From: a virus
Taxonomy: Duplodnaviria > Caudoviricetes
IMG/VR virus record: IMGVR_UViG_3300007344_000201
Coordinates: 1-26,172 of that record
Direction: 5' to 3' (one strand)
Length of the DNA: 26,172 nucleotides
The position numbers and the translations under genes are program-made. The notes beneath the pieces are model-generated. The model did not search any database. It was not told the DNA's origin and was given only the letters and a program-made list of their open reading frames with translations. Positions 26,070-26,172 of this stretch are shown here, one piece after another (position 1 is the stretch's first letter; every line of letters begins with the position of its first letter).

Positions 26070-26172
26070 TCGTCGTCATCCTCTGTTGTCTTGGGTCTCG
26101 TGTCGATCCGTTCAATCCGGATGACCTGATCGTTCTCAACCTGCTGCTTGACCGGCCCTTCGAGTCGATCCC
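26066..26172 (-). CDS. C-terminal fragment of a probable terminase small subunit
   Basis: Hand translation DRLEGPVKQQVENDQVIRIERIDTRPKTTEDDDE*; DRxEG..xQ followed by a beta strand resembles TerS C-termini; ATGA-coupled to the next gene; only ~34 codons visible. Confidence 0.5.
   Translation of the reverse strand, partial: DRLEGPVKQQVENDQVIRIERIDTRPKTTEDDDE

Larger units (their letters stand above)
1..26172 (-). mobile_element. Tailed phage (Caudoviricetes) packaging/head/tail morphogenesis module; phage genome or prophage segment
   Basis: TerL, portal, MuF, HK97 protease, HK97-fold capsid, neck, tail tube, chaperone and tape measure genes in canonical order on one strand; no host housekeeping genes seen. 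Confidence 0.97.

Noticed and set aside
1-26172. tRNA/rRNA genes, integrase or att sites, alternative genetic code
   Set aside because: No such signatures; intergenic space is minimal and genes read through intact with the standard code, using all three stop codons

Overview
A continuous virion-morphogenesis operon of a tailed dsDNA phage with an HK97-type head and a siphovirus-like tail. Every credible gene is on the minus strand, and most are coupled by ATGA/TGATG overlaps. Order in the direction of transcription (right to left): probable terminase small subunit C-terminus; an intercalated block (small beta-rich protein, 631-aa fibre, two hypotheticals, a signal-peptide + dockerin protein, a holin-like peptide); terminase large subunit; a greatly extended portal ending in an HEXXH metallopeptidase; two paralogous R-S-ExE ADP-ribosyltransferases; a 183-aa effector candidate; a 42-aa ORF; MuF; prohead protease; major capsid protein; neck genes; two tandem tail-tube paralogues; tail chaperones with a GGGAAAG -1 frameshift; a short tape measure; tail-tip genes. 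The main discovery candidate lies between portal and MuF. Four consecutive proteins each carry the same short tag, K-[SA]-x(1-2)-DNCGTGAGGF-x3-N-x-CA, directly in front of a cargo domain. In three copies the K...AGGF spacing is identical to the predicted maturation site of the capsid protein (K|AHTEGVNSAGGF). This suggests a tag-based system that packages effectors into the head and releases them by proteolysis. In a by-eye scan AGCT and CCWGG were not found anywhere. The dockerin style tentatively points to a Planctomycetota (Phycisphaerae-like) host. All family calls come from motif recognition and synteny, not database searches.
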